Shown: in pieces, positions 17,732 through 26,759 of the stretch
Numbering within the stretch: position 1 is the first letter of the stretch
How the letters are laid out: each line of letters starts with the position of its first letter
Assembly: GCA_049512315.1 (NCBI GenBank)
Contig: JBEKXF010000002.1
Span: 132,706-196,705, forward strand
Length of the DNA stretch: 64,000 nt
Source of the DNA: Candidatus Aminicenantales bacterium
Lineage (GTDB): Bacteria > Acidobacteriota > Aminicenantia > Aminicenantales > Saccharicenantaceae
Reading direction: 5' to 3'
Translations under genes and position numbers: made by a program
The notes under the pieces: model-generated
Seen by the model: the letters and a program-made list of their open reading frames with translations, nothing else
Databases searched by the model: none
What the model was told of the DNA's origin: nothing

Positions 17732-20700
17732 TCACCTTTTGACGATCTTGCGCTCCGGCCTCGTCACGGGCCGGGCCGCGGGCGAAACGGCCCCGGCCTC
17801 GCTCGAAGTCGCGATGACCCTCCCGCCGCAATCCAGGGCATCGACTTTATAGGAATAGCTCGCATCGCCGGCCAGAAACATGTCGAGATAAGTCAGCCGG
17901 CCGGCCGGCAGGTCGGCTTCCGTGAAGTCCTTGAGCGCGACGTACGCGCCAGTCCCCGTCTTCCTCGATAGCCGGTAGGTCGTGACGTTGAACGGCACGG
18001 ACTTCGTGACCGTCAGATCGATCTTTCCGTATTCCCGCCGGATGATCCAGGCGCGCTCAACCAGACGTTGCACCTGGAGGGCCAGGGTGATGGATGGAAT
18101 GAAGCCCGTCCCGGAGACGCCGAACGTGGCGCCGGCGGCGCCCGGGTCGTTCGACTGGACGGCAAAAACGGCGGACAAAGCCCCCGTCGCCGTGGGGCCG
18201 AAACGGACGGTGACCGTCTGCGACCCCAGCGGCGGGACGGTGAACGGTGTCGCCGGCCCCCTGTAGGCGAAGTCGGCCGAGCCGGACGCGAATGTCACGG
18301 CGGTGATGGTGAGCGGGGCCCCGCCGTCGTTAAAAAAGATCGTCGTTCTATCGAGCGTCGCACACTCGTTCACCGTGCCAAAGGCGATATCCGGGATCGG
18401 GAGCCGCAGGAGGGGCTGATAAGCCGGAGTGGTGACCGGCGCTTCGTTGGAGTATCCGGAATCGCCGGCGTTGTCGTATGCCAGGACACGGAAATAGTAG
18501 GTCGTGGTCTCCGCGAGACCGGTGTCCGTCCAGCTCGTCGCGTCGGCGGCCGCGGTCCCGACCTGGGCCCAGGCGCCGCCGGCGCCCGTCTTGCGCTCGA
18601 CCTTGAAGCCGGCCTCGTTGTAGGAATTGTCGATCCAGGCAAGCCGCGCCTGGGTCGCGGACAAGGCCGTCGCCTGGAGCCCTGATGGAGCGGTCGGAAT
18701 GGTCAGGTCCGGTGTCGTGACCGAGGCCTCGTTTGAAGGCGCCGAGTCACCTCCGGAGTTGAAGGCCAGGATCCGGTAAGTATAGGTCGTATCCTCCACA
18801 ACCTGAGTATCAGCGTAGGCGGTCACGTTGGCGGCCACGGTCCCGATCGCCGTCCAGGTGGCGGCCGCGTTCGTCTTGCGCTCGATCCTGAACCCGCTCT
18901 CCGCGCTCGAGTTGTCGGCCCAGGCGAGGTTGACCCGGCGTTCATTGACGGCGGTGGCCGTCAGGTTCGTCGGCCCCGCCGGGCGGGTCAGAATAGCGAC
19001 GCCGGCTTCGTTTGAATAAGCCGAGTCGCCGATGTCGTTGTAAGCCCGGACCCGGTAGAAATAGGTCGTCCCCTCCACCAGACCCCCGTTCTTGTAGGTC
19101 GTAATATTGGCACCGACCGTGCCGATCTGGGACCAGGTCCCTCCCGCTCCGGTCTTGCGCTCGATCTTGAAGCCGTCCTCGTTCGCCGAAGCGTCGGTCC
19201 AGGCGAGGTCGATCTCGCTCGACGTCACGGCTGTGGCGTGGACGTCCGTCGGCGCCGCCGGAGGCAGCTTTTCAAAGATCCGGGCGATAAAGGCATCATC
19301 CGAAATCATGAGGGAACCACCGCTCGGAGCCAGGGAGGGGCCCACAATAACCGGAAAATCGTTCGACCGCGTATAGCCGGTGGCATAGACGTTCCCTGTG
19401 CCGTCCGCGGCGATTCCGCCGGCCCCGTCGTTCTGGGAACCGCCCAGGTAGCCGCAGTAGATCAAGCGAGAGCCCGAGGGGTCCACCGTGGCTAAAAAGG
19501 CGTCCGCCATTCCGGCGTTAACCAGGGAAGGGCCGCCGATCACTGGAAAACCGGTTCCGGACATGGTCTGGCCCGCGACATAGGCGTTCCCCGACTGGTC
19601 CACGGAGATCGCCGTTCCAATATCGTCGCCCGTACCACCGATATACCCGCAATAGAGAAGGCTCGTTCCCGTAGCGTTCACCTTGGCCACAAAAGCGTCC
19701 TGCCCGCCGTTATAGACAAGGTCAGGACCTCCCATCACCGGAAATTGCGAAAGGGAATTCGTATCCCCCGTGACGTAGGCGTTGCCCGACGGATCGACGG
19801 CGATCGCCGCGCCGTGATCGTCGCCCGTCCCGCCGATATACCCGCAATAAACAAGGCCCGTTCCCGCAGCGTTCACCTTGGCGACGAACGCGTCATCGCC
19901 GTACGAATATGTCAGGGACGGGCCGACTTTGACGGGAAAATGCTCGGTCGGATAGGAATTGGTATATCCGGTGACGTAGGCGTTCCCGGAACTGTCGACG
20001 GCAATCCCCTTTCCGTAATCCGAACCCAGACCGCCGATGTAGCCGGAATAGACGAGACCCGTGCCCGAAGCCGCCACCTTGACGACGAAAGCATCCGTGG
20101 CCCCGTTGAATGTCAGGCCCGGACCGACTGTCGTCGGGAAATCGTCCGATTCGGTTGAGCCCGTGACATAGGCGTTCCCCGAGCCGTCGACCGCGATCCC
20201 CGCGGCCTGGTCGCCCAGGGAGCCGCCGATGAAGCCGGAGTAAGCGAGCCCCGTGCCCGAAGCGTTGACCTTGGCGACGAATGCCTCGCTGTACTGCGAA
20301 ATATTAGCGTGAGGGGTCAGGCCCGGGCCGACGAGGGCCGGGAAGTCCATCGAATAGGTCCAGCCGCTGACATAGGCGTTTCCGGAGCCGTCGACCGCGA
20401 TCCCGGTCGCGACGTCGTCCCAGCTCCCGCCGATGTAGCCGCAGTAGACCAGGCCCGTGCCGGCCGGGTTCACCTTGGCCACGAACGCATCCGTTCCCTG
20501 GATCGCGCTGTTGAAGCCGAGGTCCGGGCCGACCGCCACGGGGAAATCAAAAGAGCCGGTCCAGCCCACGACGTAGGCGTTCCCCGAAGAGTCGATGGCG
20601 ACGCCGGTCGCCCGGTCATCGAGCGCGCCACCGATGAAGCCGCAGTAGATGACCGTCGCCGGGTCGAGGACGAGCGGCAGGCTGTGATCGTAATCGCCGA

Positions 20701-21526
20701 TCACAAAGCCGTACGAGGATGTCCGTGAAATGGGATCGGAGGCGCCCTGGATTTCTCGGCCGGAGACTGGGACATTCTCTCCAAGGCGGAAAGCTATCGG
20801 AACCGCGATCCTCCTCCTCGCCTTCTCCTGATAGGCCGTCGGCGCTTCGTCTCGGAAACCGCCCAAGGGCGTATCGACCTGGAGCTGCCCTTCTCTGTTC
20901 AGGATGACGTCGGAGGCACCTCTATACGCCAACCGAATCACCGACGGATCGGCCCCCGGATGGACGATAAACTCGTGCTTGAGGCGCTCGGCCGTGCCGT
21001 AAAAAGCGAGGTCGATCCCCGGCCAGAGGTCCTTGTAGACGATCCGGGAATAAGTCGCGAGGCCCGGACGCCACTCGTCCGGCTTGCCCTTGAAATAGGA
21101 TACGATGGCTTCGGCTTTCCCTTCGCCGGCCGGGCAGACGCCCGGATCCGCTCCGACGAAGTCGAGCTTCACGGTCCAGCGGGTGCTTTCCCCGCGACCG
21201 TCGAGAGTCGACTCGCCCTTTTCTTTGTTGCTCTCGTGGGCTTTCTTCCGAGCATCAGACTGAGTCAGGGCGATCGTTATCCCGGAGGGACCAAAGTAGA
21301 TAGTTTTGTCCGCTCCGGCGACATAATAATCCACTCGAGGGTCGAGCTGACCCCGGTTCGATATGAAATACAGGGGCATCCGGCCGAAATTCGGGTCGAT
21401 CCGCGGGCCGGATACCGTGGGGTCACCAACCCGCTTCCCCTCGGGCCCGGGCCGCCCGGCCGCCGCCGGGTCCAAGGATACGCCGAGAATAAGAATACCC
21501 AGAACCGCTTTAAGGGCTGTTTGCAT
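17732..21526 (-). CDS. Giant secreted protein: N-terminal DUF, about 7 SBBP beta-propeller repeats, 3 fibronectin type III domains, ASH/choice-of-anchor-D-like domain, unknown C-terminus
   Basis: Start revised to ATG 21526 (MQTALKAVLGILILGVSLDPAAAG… signal). Repeated units Y[CS]G[FY]IGG…GIAVD.SGNAYV.G.T.S.DFP…DAFVAKV (SBBP, PF06739-like). Three units …WTD.S.NE.GF.IERK… (FN3). Then …IAFGTVNECATLDRTTIFFNDGGAPLTITAVTF… 1264 aa. Confidence 0.85.
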   Translation of the reverse strand: MQTALKAVLGILILGVSLDPAAAGRPGPEGKRVGDPTVSGPRIDPNFGRMPLYFISNRGQLDPRVDYYVAGADKTIYFGPSGITIALTQSDARKKAHESNKEKGESTLDGRGESTRWTVKLDFVGADPGVCPAGEGKAEAIVSYFKGKPDEWRPGLATYSRIVYKDLWPGIDLAFYGTAERLKHEFIVHPGADPSVIRLAYRGASDVILNREGQLQVDTPLGGFRDEAPTAYQEKARRRIAVPIAFRLGENVPVSGREIQGASDPISRTSSYGFVIGDYDHSLPLVLDPATVIYCGFIGGALDDRATGVAIDSSGNAYVVGWTGSFDFPVAVGPDLGFNSAIQGTDAFVAKVNPAGTGLVYCGYIGGSWDDVATGIAVDGSGNAYVSGWTYSMDFPALVGPGLTPHANISQYSEAFVAKVNASGTGLAYSGFIGGSLGDQAAGIAVDGSGNAYVTGSTESDDFPTTVGPGLTFNGATDAFVVKVAASGTGLVYSGYIGGLGSDYGKGIAVDSSGNAYVTGYTNSYPTEHFPVKVGPSLTYSYGDDAFVAKVNAAGTGLVYCGYIGGTGDDHGAAIAVDPSGNAYVTGDTNSLSQFPVMGGPDLVYNGGQDAFVAKVNATGTSLLYCGYIGGTGDDIGTAISVDQSGNAYVAGQTMSGTGFPVIGGPSLVNAGMADAFLATVDPSGSRLIYCGYLGGSQNDGAGGIAADGTGNVYATGYTRSNDFPVIVGPSLAPSGGSLMISDDAFIARIFEKLPPAAPTDVHATAVTSSEIDLAWTDASANEDGFKIERKTGAGGTWSQIGTVGANITTYKNGGLVEGTTYFYRVRAYNDIGDSAYSNEAGVAILTRPAGPTNLTATAVNERRVNLAWADNSSAESGFRIERKTNAAATWTAIGTVAANVTAYADTQVVEDTTYTYRILAFNSGGDSAPSNEASVTTPDLTIPTAPSGLQATALSATQARLAWIDNSYNEAGFKVERKTGAGGAWAQVGTAAADATSWTDTGLAETTTYYFRVLAYDNAGDSGYSNEAPVTTPAYQPLLRLPIPDIAFGTVNECATLDRTTIFFNDGGAPLTITAVTFASGSADFAYRGPATPFTVPPLGSQTVTVRFGPTATGALSAVFAVQSNDPGAAGATFGVSGTGFIPSITLALQVQRLVERAWIIRREYGKIDLTVTKSVPFNVTTYRLSRKTGTGAYVALKDFTEADLPAGRLTYLDMFLAGDASYSYKVDALDCGGRVIATSSEAGAVSPAARPVTRPERKIVKR
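18409..19261 (-). repeat. Three tandem fibronectin type III domain-coding repeats inside the giant gene
   Basis: Three 95-aa units with the pattern P.AP..L.ATA.S…L.W.D.S.NE.GF.IERK….W..IGT…N.T.Y.D..L…TTY.YRV.A.N..GDS..SNEA.V.T. Confidence 0.65.
19273..20647 (-). repeat. Tandem in-frame coding repeats (about 7 units of about 190-200 bp) encoding SBBP beta-propeller blades
   Basis: Protein-level period of 62-68 aa with a conserved YCGYIGG / SGNAYVTG / DAFVAKVN core implies DNA-level tandem near-repeats. The antisense track ORFs here are repeat artifacts. Confidence 0.7.
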
Positions 21527-21644
21527 AGCTCGTTCCCCTCTGGTCGTTCGACCCATTGTCGACTCTAAGGCTTCTCGAAGAATAGGCCAAGGATAGCACT
21601 GACCGCCGAAGAGAGTCAACCGGAGGGCGAGCCCGACGCCGGAA

Positions 21645-22178
21645 TCAGCCGAAGCTTTCGAGGGTCCGGATGCGGCCCAAGTCTAATTCGCCCTTGACTC
21701 CCCAACCGCGGACACCTGCCGGGATGTCGGGGCGGAATCGCTCGTAAAGAGAATAGGCTTTGGCGGCCAGCTCGGCCCGCTTGAATGAGCGGGCCAGGTC
21801 ACCCATGGCTTTTTCGACGTCCCGAAGCCCGGCGCCGAATTTTTCCTGAAGATAGCGCTCGACTCCGGCGGGGTCGACCGGTTTGTCCTTGACCACCGCC
21901 CTCACGCCCTTTTCGGTCGTTATCGCCGGAATGGGCCGGCCAAGGAGCTCGACCCAGAATTCTTCCCCGAGCCGGGCCTTCATAGGGGAAATCACTTCGG
22001 GGTGTTCGGCCGGCTTGTAGATCCCCAGACTGCGGCCTTTTGATTGAGCATTCATTCCCGCGAGGGCCTTGCCGAGCGAGAGTGCGGCTTCATGGTCGAA
22101 TCCCAACTGTTCGGCGACAACCGCCGCCCATAAGGTCAAGACGGGCGCCCGATTCACGAGGATGATCTCCCGAGTCAT
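21645..22178 (-). CDS. Hypothetical protein
   Basis: 177-aa ORF with good GC3 bias and no recognisable motif. Confidence 0.55.
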   Translation of the reverse strand: MTREIILVNRAPVLTLWAAVVAEQLGFDHEAALSLGKALAGMNAQSKGRSLGIYKPAEHPEVISPMKARLGEEFWVELLGRPIPAITTEKGVRAVVKDKPVDPAGVERYLQEKFGAGLRDVEKAMGDLARSFKRAELAAKAYSLYERFRPDIPAGVRGWGVKGELDLGRIRTLESFG

Positions 22179-22199
22179 GAAAAACCTCCCCTCTACGAT

Positions 22200-22439
22200 T
22201 TATCTGAGATTGACCCCTCGGAGCTTGATGAAGATAAAGCAGCCAATCCCGAAGACGGGCCAGCCAAGATAAGAGACGAAAGAAGCGGTTGAGCGCCGCC
22301 AAACAACGGGCAGAAAGAAGAGGCAGGCCATGGTCGCGGCAATAAATATCCGGCCTCCAACAGACTCGGCTTCGATAAACGCCCAGACTCCCAGCAACAA
22401 GCCTATCCCCACCCCGATGGCGCCGTAATTGATGCCCAT
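22200..22439 (-). CDS. Small hypothetical membrane protein (2 predicted TM helices)
   Basis: 79-aa ORF whose ATG end is at 22439, with two hydrophobic segments (GVGIGLLLGVWAFI; MACLFFLPVVW). Located just downstream of the tRNA on the same strand. Confidence 0.45.
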   Translation of the reverse strand: MGINYGAIGVGIGLLLGVWAFIEAESVGGRIFIAATMACLFFLPVVWRRSTASFVSYLGWPVFGIGCFIFIKLRGVNLR

Positions 22440-22533
22440 TGATTTCGACCTTTTCTTATTCTAGCTCGAAAGCTATTCGCAGAGTCAGGCTTTATTCTCA
22501 AGTTCATCTACGAGTTTGGGATGAAAAGAGAAG

Positions 22534-22607
22534 CGCGCCCGGGGTGACTCGAACACCCGACCTGCTGATTCGTAGTCAGACGCTCTATCCAACTGAGCTA
22601 CGGGCGC
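22534..22607 (-). tRNA. tRNA-Arg (anticodon ACG)
   Basis: The reverse complement folds as a cloverleaf: acceptor GCGCCCG/CGGGCGC (7 bp), D-arm GCTC-AGTTGGATA-GAGC, anticodon loop CTACGAA (ACG), 5-nt variable loop, T-arm GGGTG-TTCGAGT-CACCC, discriminator G. One T·C mismatch at the top of the anticodon stem. CCA not encoded. Confidence 0.85.
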
Positions 22608-22628
22608 GCAAGACTATCAAGTGGCGAT

Positions 22629-22657
22629 AATATAGCGCAATAGGCCGTATTTTTCAA
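22629..22657 (-). promoter_or_regulatory. Sigma70-type promoter driving tRNA-Arg
   Basis: On the minus strand, TTGAAA (22652-22657), 17-nt spacer, TATATT (22629-22634), about 20 nt upstream of the tRNA 5' end. Confidence 0.55.
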
Positions 22658-22780
22658 CGCATCCGGGCCAGAATTCCGGAGACACAATGACCGTCCTGGA
22701 TAATTGGCGCGTATATTGGAATTTAGCGACACGATCCCAATTCAAGAGAATTGGCTCATGTCACCAAATTCCGCGGTTGA

Positions 22781-23782
22781 TCAACTGATTTTGAGGACAG
22801 CCGCGCCGGTGACCTTGCCCGCCCTGAGGAGCCTCAGGGCTTCGTTGGCCTGCTCGAGGGGAAAAACCTGGACCGTTGTCCGGATGGGGATCTCGGCGGC
22901 GACCTTGAGAAGCTCTTCCCCGTCCTCCCGGGTGGCATTGGCCACGCTGAGCATCTTCCGCTCGTGATACAAATAACGGCCATAATCCATCTGGGGAATG
23001 GGCGACATATAGATCCCGGCCGAGACGGCCGTCCCGCCCCTCTCCAGGACCCTCAGCGCTTCGAGGAAGAAGTTCCCGGCCGGGGCGAAGATGATGGCGC
23101 TGTCGAGCTTCGCCGGCGGGTCGTCCTTGGCCACTCCCGTCCAGCTCGCCCCCAGCTTCTTGGCCAGCCTCTTGTGCTCCTCGCTCCTCGTGAAGACGTA
23201 GACGCGGCATCCCCAGTGCCTGGCGATCTGGATCGCGACGTGGGCTGACGCCCCGAAGCCGTAGAGCCCGAGCTTTCCACCGGGCTTGATCCCGCTCAGC
23301 TTCAAGGACCGGTATCCGACGATCCCGGCGCACATGAGCGGGGCGGCTTCCGCGTCGCCGAAAACACGCGGCACCGCGTAGGCGTATTTTTCGGGCACGG
23401 CGATATATTCGGCATATCCGCCGTCGTGGTGGAAACCGGTGAACCGGGCGCTCTCGCAGAGGTTCTCCCGGCCGCTCTTGCAGAACCGGCACGTCCCGCA
23501 CGTCCAATAGAGCCATGCCGCCCCGACCCGATCGCCGACCTTGAACCTTTTCGCCCGGTCCCCCCGCTTTTCGACGGTCCCAATCACCTCGTGCCCCGGG
23601 ATTCGGGGCAGCTTGATGTCGGGAAGGTCGCCCTCGGCCGTGTGGAGGTCGGTGTGGCAGACGCCGCAGCATCCGACCTTCACCAGAATATCTTCCGGGC
23701 CCGGCCGCGGGACCGGCACGTTCCGGAGCTCAAGAGAGTTCTCTGTAACCCTGCCCAACCGGGTCAAGACCATGGCTTTCAT
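22781..23782 (-). CDS. Zinc-dependent medium-chain alcohol dehydrogenase
   Basis: Catalytic Zn motif GHEVIGTV, structural Zn Cys cluster CGTCRFCKSGRENLC, Rossmann motif GLYGFGASAHVAIQ. 333 aa. Confidence 0.9.
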   Translation of the reverse strand: MKAMVLTRLGRVTENSLELRNVPVPRPGPEDILVKVGCCGVCHTDLHTAEGDLPDIKLPRIPGHEVIGTVEKRGDRAKRFKVGDRVGAAWLYWTCGTCRFCKSGRENLCESARFTGFHHDGGYAEYIAVPEKYAYAVPRVFGDAEAAPLMCAGIVGYRSLKLSGIKPGGKLGLYGFGASAHVAIQIARHWGCRVYVFTRSEEHKRLAKKLGASWTGVAKDDPPAKLDSAIIFAPAGNFFLEALRVLERGGTAVSAGIYMSPIPQMDYGRYLYHERKMLSVANATREDGEELLKVAAEIPIRTTVQVFPLEQANEALRLLRAGKVTGAAVLKIS

Positions 23783-25098
23783 TTTCCGGCCGCTCCCTTC
23801 TGTTTCCTGACCTTGCCCCTCAGCCGCTCAAGCCGCTTCTCGAAGTCCCTCTGGTCGACGATCGACCGCCCGATCGAGACCGACAGCCCCTCCTCGGCCA
23901 CCCGGATGGCTTCCTTGTAGTCCTTCGCCTTGTGCTCGAAATACATGGAGAGCTCGCGGAACGAGAAGACCTCGTCCTTGGCGCTCATGTCCTGCCAGAG
24001 CGATACGGCCTTGTCCCAAGCCTGGTTTTTCTTGAAGTGGTGGGAGAGCTTCTTGCGGGCGGTGTGTGTGATATCCGCCGGGAGCCGCCCCTCCAGGGCC
24101 TTTTCGAGGAGGGCCGCCGATCGAACCCCATCGCCCGCGCTCTCGAACAGCTTCGCGACGCCATAGAGGTCCAGGGCGTCGGCGTCCCCCCTCTCAGCGG
24201 CCTCCTGGTTCCGGTCGACGAGGACCGCCCCGGCAACGACAACGCTCAGGAGCGACAGGAGGTCCTCCTGGTTGTGGTAGAGGATGGGCTCGATCAACGA
24301 GAAATCTCCAGTCCTGATGTACTGGAAATAGCGCAAGGGGATTTCCGCGCCCGGGATGTCCTCGGCCCGCTCGGCCTGGGCGATCTGCTGGGCCAGGTTG
24401 AAGAGCCGGCAGTTATCGTACTTGGCCTTCCAGAGGTTCCTGGCCGAGAACAGGAAATCGAGATGGGGCAGGTCCCTGATCGGAAAGGGCATCCTGTGGA
24501 GGGCAAACCGGGTCTCGAGAAGAGGGATGTCGAAGGCCTTGCCGTTGTAGGTGATGACGGACCGGAAATCCATATCCTTGAAGAACTGGCTGACCTCCCG
24601 GATCAAACGGCCCTCCTCGGCCATCTCGCCCAGGAAAAACTGGCTCACCTTAAACCGGTCATCCCGGAAATACCCGAGCCCCACCAGGAACGGGAGGGTC
24701 CCCGTGCCGCCCGCGAGGCCCGTGGTTTCGAGGTCGAGGAAAACAGCTGATTTGAGGTCGAGGGCCTCGAAGGCGTTATCCCGGCTCAGGAAAGCCAGGA
24801 TCTGTCCCGGGATCTGGAGCCCCATCGCGATCGGGATCTGGCCGTAGCGGGCGTCGAGGAGGTAGGGGTTCTCATGAAGCTCAACGGGCTCGCGCCGCCT
24901 GACCTCGAGGACCTGCGGCTTGGAGACGCTCCGTCCGGCATGCCCCTTGTCGGTGAGGGTGATCAAGCGCTCGAGCTTCTCCTTGACGGAGAGACCTTCC
25001 TCGCCGTCGATCCTTTGCCAGGTCGTCCGGATCTTCTGGGCGCGGTTGCGGGCGTCGCGCTCGCGACGCAGGTGCTTCAGCTTGTCCTCGATATCCAT
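23779..25098 (-). CDS. RNase H-like fold 3'-5' exonuclease family protein (YprB-like) with C-terminal TPR-like region
   Basis: Exo motif I AVFLDLETTGL, and later …YNGKAFDIP… and …YHNQEDLLSL… (DEDD-type residues). C-terminal helical repeats. Its stop overlaps the ADH start (ATGA at 23779-23782). Confidence 0.65.
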   Translation of the reverse strand: MDIEDKLKHLRRERDARNRAQKIRTTWQRIDGEEGLSVKEKLERLITLTDKGHAGRSVSKPQVLEVRRREPVELHENPYLLDARYGQIPIAMGLQIPGQILAFLSRDNAFEALDLKSAVFLDLETTGLAGGTGTLPFLVGLGYFRDDRFKVSQFFLGEMAEEGRLIREVSQFFKDMDFRSVITYNGKAFDIPLLETRFALHRMPFPIRDLPHLDFLFSARNLWKAKYDNCRLFNLAQQIAQAERAEDIPGAEIPLRYFQYIRTGDFSLIEPILYHNQEDLLSLLSVVVAGAVLVDRNQEAAERGDADALDLYGVAKLFESAGDGVRSAALLEKALEGRLPADITHTARKKLSHHFKKNQAWDKAVSLWQDMSAKDEVFSFRELSMYFEHKAKDYKEAIRVAEEGLSVSIGRSIVDQRDFEKRLERLRGKVRKQKGAAGK

Positions 25099-25228
25099 GG
25101 CTCTCTTGACTATCAGGAAGGAGTAACGAACGACATCTCCATATTAGAACAAATCGCCCCGCATTTCAAAAAAATCCGTTCGGAAACTCTTGAATTGCGG
25201 GCGGAGATGGCTATATTAAGGGTTGACC

Positions 25229-26704
25229 ATGGCGCCCTCATATTTCCTGGCGTTCGACCTCGGCGCGGAAAGCGGCCGGGCCGTCCTCGGCTATCTCGAG
25301 GCGGGACGCCTGTCAGTCAGGGAGATCAGGCGGTTCCCGAACACGCCCCTCCGGCTGGCCGGACATCTCCACTGGAACATCTTCGGCCTTCTAGAGGAAA
25401 TGAAGATCGCCATGAGGGCCTGCGCCTCAGAGGTCCCCGCGGGGTTGGCGGGCGTAGGCGTCGACACCTGGGGCGTGGATTTCGGCCTCCTGGCCCGGGA
25501 CGGGAGCGTCCTGGGCCTGCCGTTCTGCTACCGCGATACGAGGACGTTGGGGGCCATGGAAGAATACTTCAAGCTCGTCCCCCGCGCCGCCCTCTACGAA
25601 GCCACCGGCATCCAGTTCATGCCCTTCAACACGCTCTTCCAGCTCTACGCGATGGTCCGGGACCGGTCTCCCCTACTCGACGCGGCCTCAGACCTTCTCT
25701 TCATGCCGGACCTCTTCAACTATCTTCTCACCGGCCGGAAGGCCTCCGAATTCACCATGGCCACCACCTCACAGATCTTCAACCCCAGGACCCGGAGCTG
25801 GAACCCGGGGCTCTTCCAGGCGATGGGGCTCTCCAAAAAAATCCTCCAGGACGTCCTCGAGCCCGGCACCGTCCTCGGCCCTCTTCTCTCCGATGTCGCC
25901 GAAGAAACGGGGCTCCCAGGTGTTCCCGTCATCGCCACGGCCAGCCACGACACCGGTGCGGCCGTTGCCGCCGTCCCGGCCAGCGGAAAGAACTGGGCCT
26001 ACATCAGCTCGGGGACGTGGTCGCTTGTCGGCGTCGAGGAGAGAGCCCCGATCATTACGAAAGAGGCCCTCGACCGGAACTTCACCAACGAAGGCGGGGT
26101 GGCCGGGACGATCCGCTTCCTGAAAAACGTCACGGGCCTGTGGCTCGTCCAGCAGTGCCGGAGAGCCTGGGAAGGGACCCGGGCCTTGACCTACGACGAG
26201 CTGACGCGGGCGGCCGGCGAAGCAGCCCCGTTCGGGGCCCTCATCGACCCGGACGATCCCGGGTTCCTCAACCCGCCGGACATGCCGGAGGCCATCCGCG
26301 CCTATTGCCAGAAAACCGGCCAGACCCCCCCGGCCTCGGAAGCCTCCTTCATCCGCTCCATCCTCGAGAGCCTGGCTCTCAAGTATCGCCTGGTCGTCGA
26401 CCAAATCGAGCAGGTCACCGGCCACCCGGTCGAGAGGATCCATGTCATCGGCGGGGGCTCGCAGAACCGCCTGCTCTGCCAGTTCGCTGCGGACGCCACG
26501 GGTCGGCCGGTCATCGCCGGCCCGGCCGAAGCGACGGCCATCGGGAACATTCTCGTCCAGGCCATGGCCCTGAGATCCGTCAGCTCCCACGAAGAGATGC
26601 GGACGATCGTCAAAGATTCCTTCGAGCCTGCGGGCTACGAGCCCCACGGGGACAAGGGCTGGCTCGAGGCCTTCGACCGCTTCCAAGCTGTCCTCGGCGC
26701 TTGA
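25229..26704 (+). CDS. rhaB: Rhamnulokinase (FGGY carbohydrate kinase)
   Basis: FGGY N-terminal motif (FLAFDLGAESGRAV), the …GVDTWGVDFGLL… phosphate-1 region, and C-terminal …IHVIGGGSQNRLLCQFAADATGRPV… The track start at 25223 is TTG; ATG 25229 is more likely. Confidence 0.85.
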   Translation: MAPSYFLAFDLGAESGRAVLGYLEAGRLSVREIRRFPNTPLRLAGHLHWNIFGLLEEMKIAMRACASEVPAGLAGVGVDTWGVDFGLLARDGSVLGLPFCYRDTRTLGAMEEYFKLVPRAALYEATGIQFMPFNTLFQLYAMVRDRSPLLDAASDLLFMPDLFNYLLTGRKASEFTMATTSQIFNPRTRSWNPGLFQAMGLSKKILQDVLEPGTVLGPLLSDVAEETGLPGVPVIATASHDTGAAVAAVPASGKNWAYISSGTWSLVGVEERAPIITKEALDRNFTNEGGVAGTIRFLKNVTGLWLVQQCRRAWEGTRALTYDELTRAAGEAAPFGALIDPDDPGFLNPPDMPEAIRAYCQKTGQTPPASEASFIRSILESLALKYRLVVDQIEQVTGHPVERIHVIGGGSQNRLLCQFAADATGRPVIAGPAEATAIGNILVQAMALRSVSSHEEMRTIVKDSFEPAGYEPHGDKGWLEAFDRFQAVLGA

Positions 26705-26759
26705 CAGGCCCGGGCGCCCGTACTATAAGAATGCTCGTCTTGACTGAGGAGGGTTGTCC

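Noticed and set aside
19107-20728. Four plus-strand ORFs (89-139 aa) inside the SBBP repeat region
   Set aside because: Generated by the repetitive antisense sequence; translations are Arg/Gly/Asp-rich and periodic, mirroring the sense-strand repeats.
22439-22630. 63-aa plus-strand ORF overlapping tRNA-Arg
   Set aside because: Overlaps a well-folded tRNA and its promoter on the opposite strand; no coding features.
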